From Chiloscyllium plagiosum (Eukaryota), in the NCBI RefSeq assembly GCF_004010195.1, contig NC_057718.1:99782996-99846995 (forward strand): a stretch of 64,000 bases of DNA, written 5' to 3'. Shown in pieces: positions 62,096 to 64,000 of the stretch. Every line of letters starts with the position of its first letter. Position 1 is the stretch's first letter. The position numbers and the translations under genes are program-made. Under the pieces are notes generated by a model that saw nothing but the letters and a program-made list of their open reading frames with translations, did no database searches and was not told the DNA's origin.

Positions 62096-63357
62096 TTCAC
62101 TTGTTTTCAAGAGAACAGTTTAAAGTGGCACTGGTGCAGGAAGGCCAGTCCGTTGGCCCTCATTGGCTATCAGTCCATCTTCGTTCCAGCATAGACAAAC
62201 TCCCTAGGATTCCTCAAACATCATCGCTGAGGGTCTAACACCAGAAAGAGCAAAGATCTTCGAGTAGGGCTTTAGAAAGTGACAAGGTTCGAGGTATACC
62301 CTGGGACTGTGTCTGTACCACCCTCTTATTTAAGGGGATTAGACTACGCAAAATATTGAAGGAGATCAGTTCTGATGGCTATTCCACATCTCTGTTCATT
62401 TGAAAACAACATTATTCATATATGGTATGCCTCTCACTTCATCAGATGCTGCAGGATAAACAGAGATTCAATTTAGCGTAGGTTTTCTCTTGCTTTGGGT
62501 TGGAAGTCCCTGACAACCATCAGTTACAATGACGAACATCTCCTGTTGGTGCACAGCAGTTATCTCTCTAATGTAATATGTTGGCACAGAACAGAAACTC
62601 TCTATCACCTCACACTGTAGGCTCACAGCTGAATATAATTTTAACCTTCAATACACTCAATCCCAGGCTGCTGAATCTAGTTTTCGACCAAAGCACTATC
62701 AAGACACCGAGTTAATACTCCTGAAGATTTATGTTTTGTTAAATAAACCCTACCTTTGATTTCATTTCAAGGGATTTCGCTAGGAGTTTATCTCTATGAT
62801 TGATATTCAAAATAAAACAGGATTGGGAGAATAGCTTCCAGCCTAGAGTTGTTAGGGCAATGGTTTGGCTTATGGAGACCAAGCTGAAATACTGACTGGG
62901 AACTGCAGGTCTGTGGCTGCATTTTTCATTTAATATCCAGTTTCTCAGTCTGGATGGCAGGCAGAGATTCTCAGAATACATTAGCCGTGTCAAAGTGTGT
63001 TTGAAGCAGTGATATTTCTCTGAGGCACCAATCTTCCAGCAATCAAACCACACCACAGTAGCTTCTGCCCAAGAGAAATGACTGAAACTATACCCTGTTC
63101 AGAGCACAGCTCAGTATAAACAAGACAACGATTTTCAACATATTTCGTTCAAGTTAAAACATCCTTTGCAACATCTCGGGATTTCCAGCTGCTTGCTTTC
63201 ATCCCCCGTGCAATCTTGTAAGTGCTGTTTTTTTTAACACATCATCAGAGCAATACATCCAGCAAAATGCCCTATTCCTGCTCCGATGTTTCTAACAAAG
63301 GAACTTAGGAGGGAGGAGGCCATTCAGCCTGTTGACCCTGCTGCAAGATTCAATGAA

Positions 63358-63580
63358 ATAGAATCGTAGAGATGTACTGCATGGAAACAGACCCTTCGGC
63401 CCAACATGTTCATGCTGACCAGATAGCCTAACCTAATCTACTCCCATTTGCCAGCATTCAGCCCATATCTCTAAACCCTTCCTATTCATGTACCCATCCA
63501 GATGCCTTTTAAATTATGTAATTATAACCATCTCCACCACTTCCTTTGGCAGCTTGTTCCATACACGCACCACCCTCTGT
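63358..63580 (-). mobile_element. HER1 3' fragment nested in an older CR1 3' fragment (about 63295-63800)
   Basis: HER1 tail and QRVVRVWNKLP region; the older CR1 continues on both sides. Confidence 0.8.
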
Positions 63581-64000
63581 CTTAGCTACTTGCACTTCCT
63601 CCCTACCAATTTGATGGCTGATCTTTTACCCCACGCTGCTCTCTCGCTGTTGCCCACCACCTCTTGATGTTTTAGAAATCTGCCAATCGCTGCTTTGGAC
63701 ATACTTAATGACTGACTGTCCACAGCCCTCTGGGAAGGGAATTCCAAAGATTCACCATCCCCCTCAGTGAGGTGATTCTTCCTCTTCTCTGCCTTCTTCC
63801 ATTTTGATGATAGCACACACCCAAAATGAATTAATTGTTATTCATCCATGGGCTGAGGACAGTTCTGGCCAGACCAGCAGTTATTGTCCATCCCTAATTG
63901 CCCAGAGGGGGGGTTAGAGACAACCACATTGCTGTGGGACTGGAGTCACATGTAGGCTAGACCAGGTAAGGATGGCAGTTTCCTTGCCGAAAGGACATCA

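Overview
This is eukaryotic, repeat-dominated, essentially non-coding DNA. The repeat families (HE1-type V-SINEs, HER1/CR1 LINE tails, a Deu-type SINE, Penelope fragments) point to a cartilaginous fish, probably a shark; that is an inference from family recognition, not a search. I find no intact host gene, rRNA, tRNA gene or CRISPR array, and nearly all ORFs in the track are chance frames or retroelement fragments. The main features are: (1) a full-length-sized L1 on the minus strand (6767-12795) with a 17-bp target-site duplication (TSD) and a YY1-like 5' motif, whose 3' quarter is replaced by a suspicious 1.6-kb 22-mer array; (2) a 3.2-kb CR1/HER1 LINE with an esterase-type ORF1, inserted in a SINE (54161-57360); (3) many SINEs and truncated LINEs, two Rex1/Babar fragments, two Tigger-like MITE copies, a probable solo LTR and a 500-N gap; (4) several TE-free AT-rich islands that may be conserved regulatory elements. 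The most interesting signal is a dense population of short, often palindromic Penelope-like (PLE) insertions with 10-15 bp TSDs. They belong to about five families, each carrying a minimal hammerhead-ribozyme motif; one has a compensatory U3-A8 core. The PLE-hammerhead link is already known, but the local diversity and the hammerhead-pivoted mini-elements deserve follow-up.
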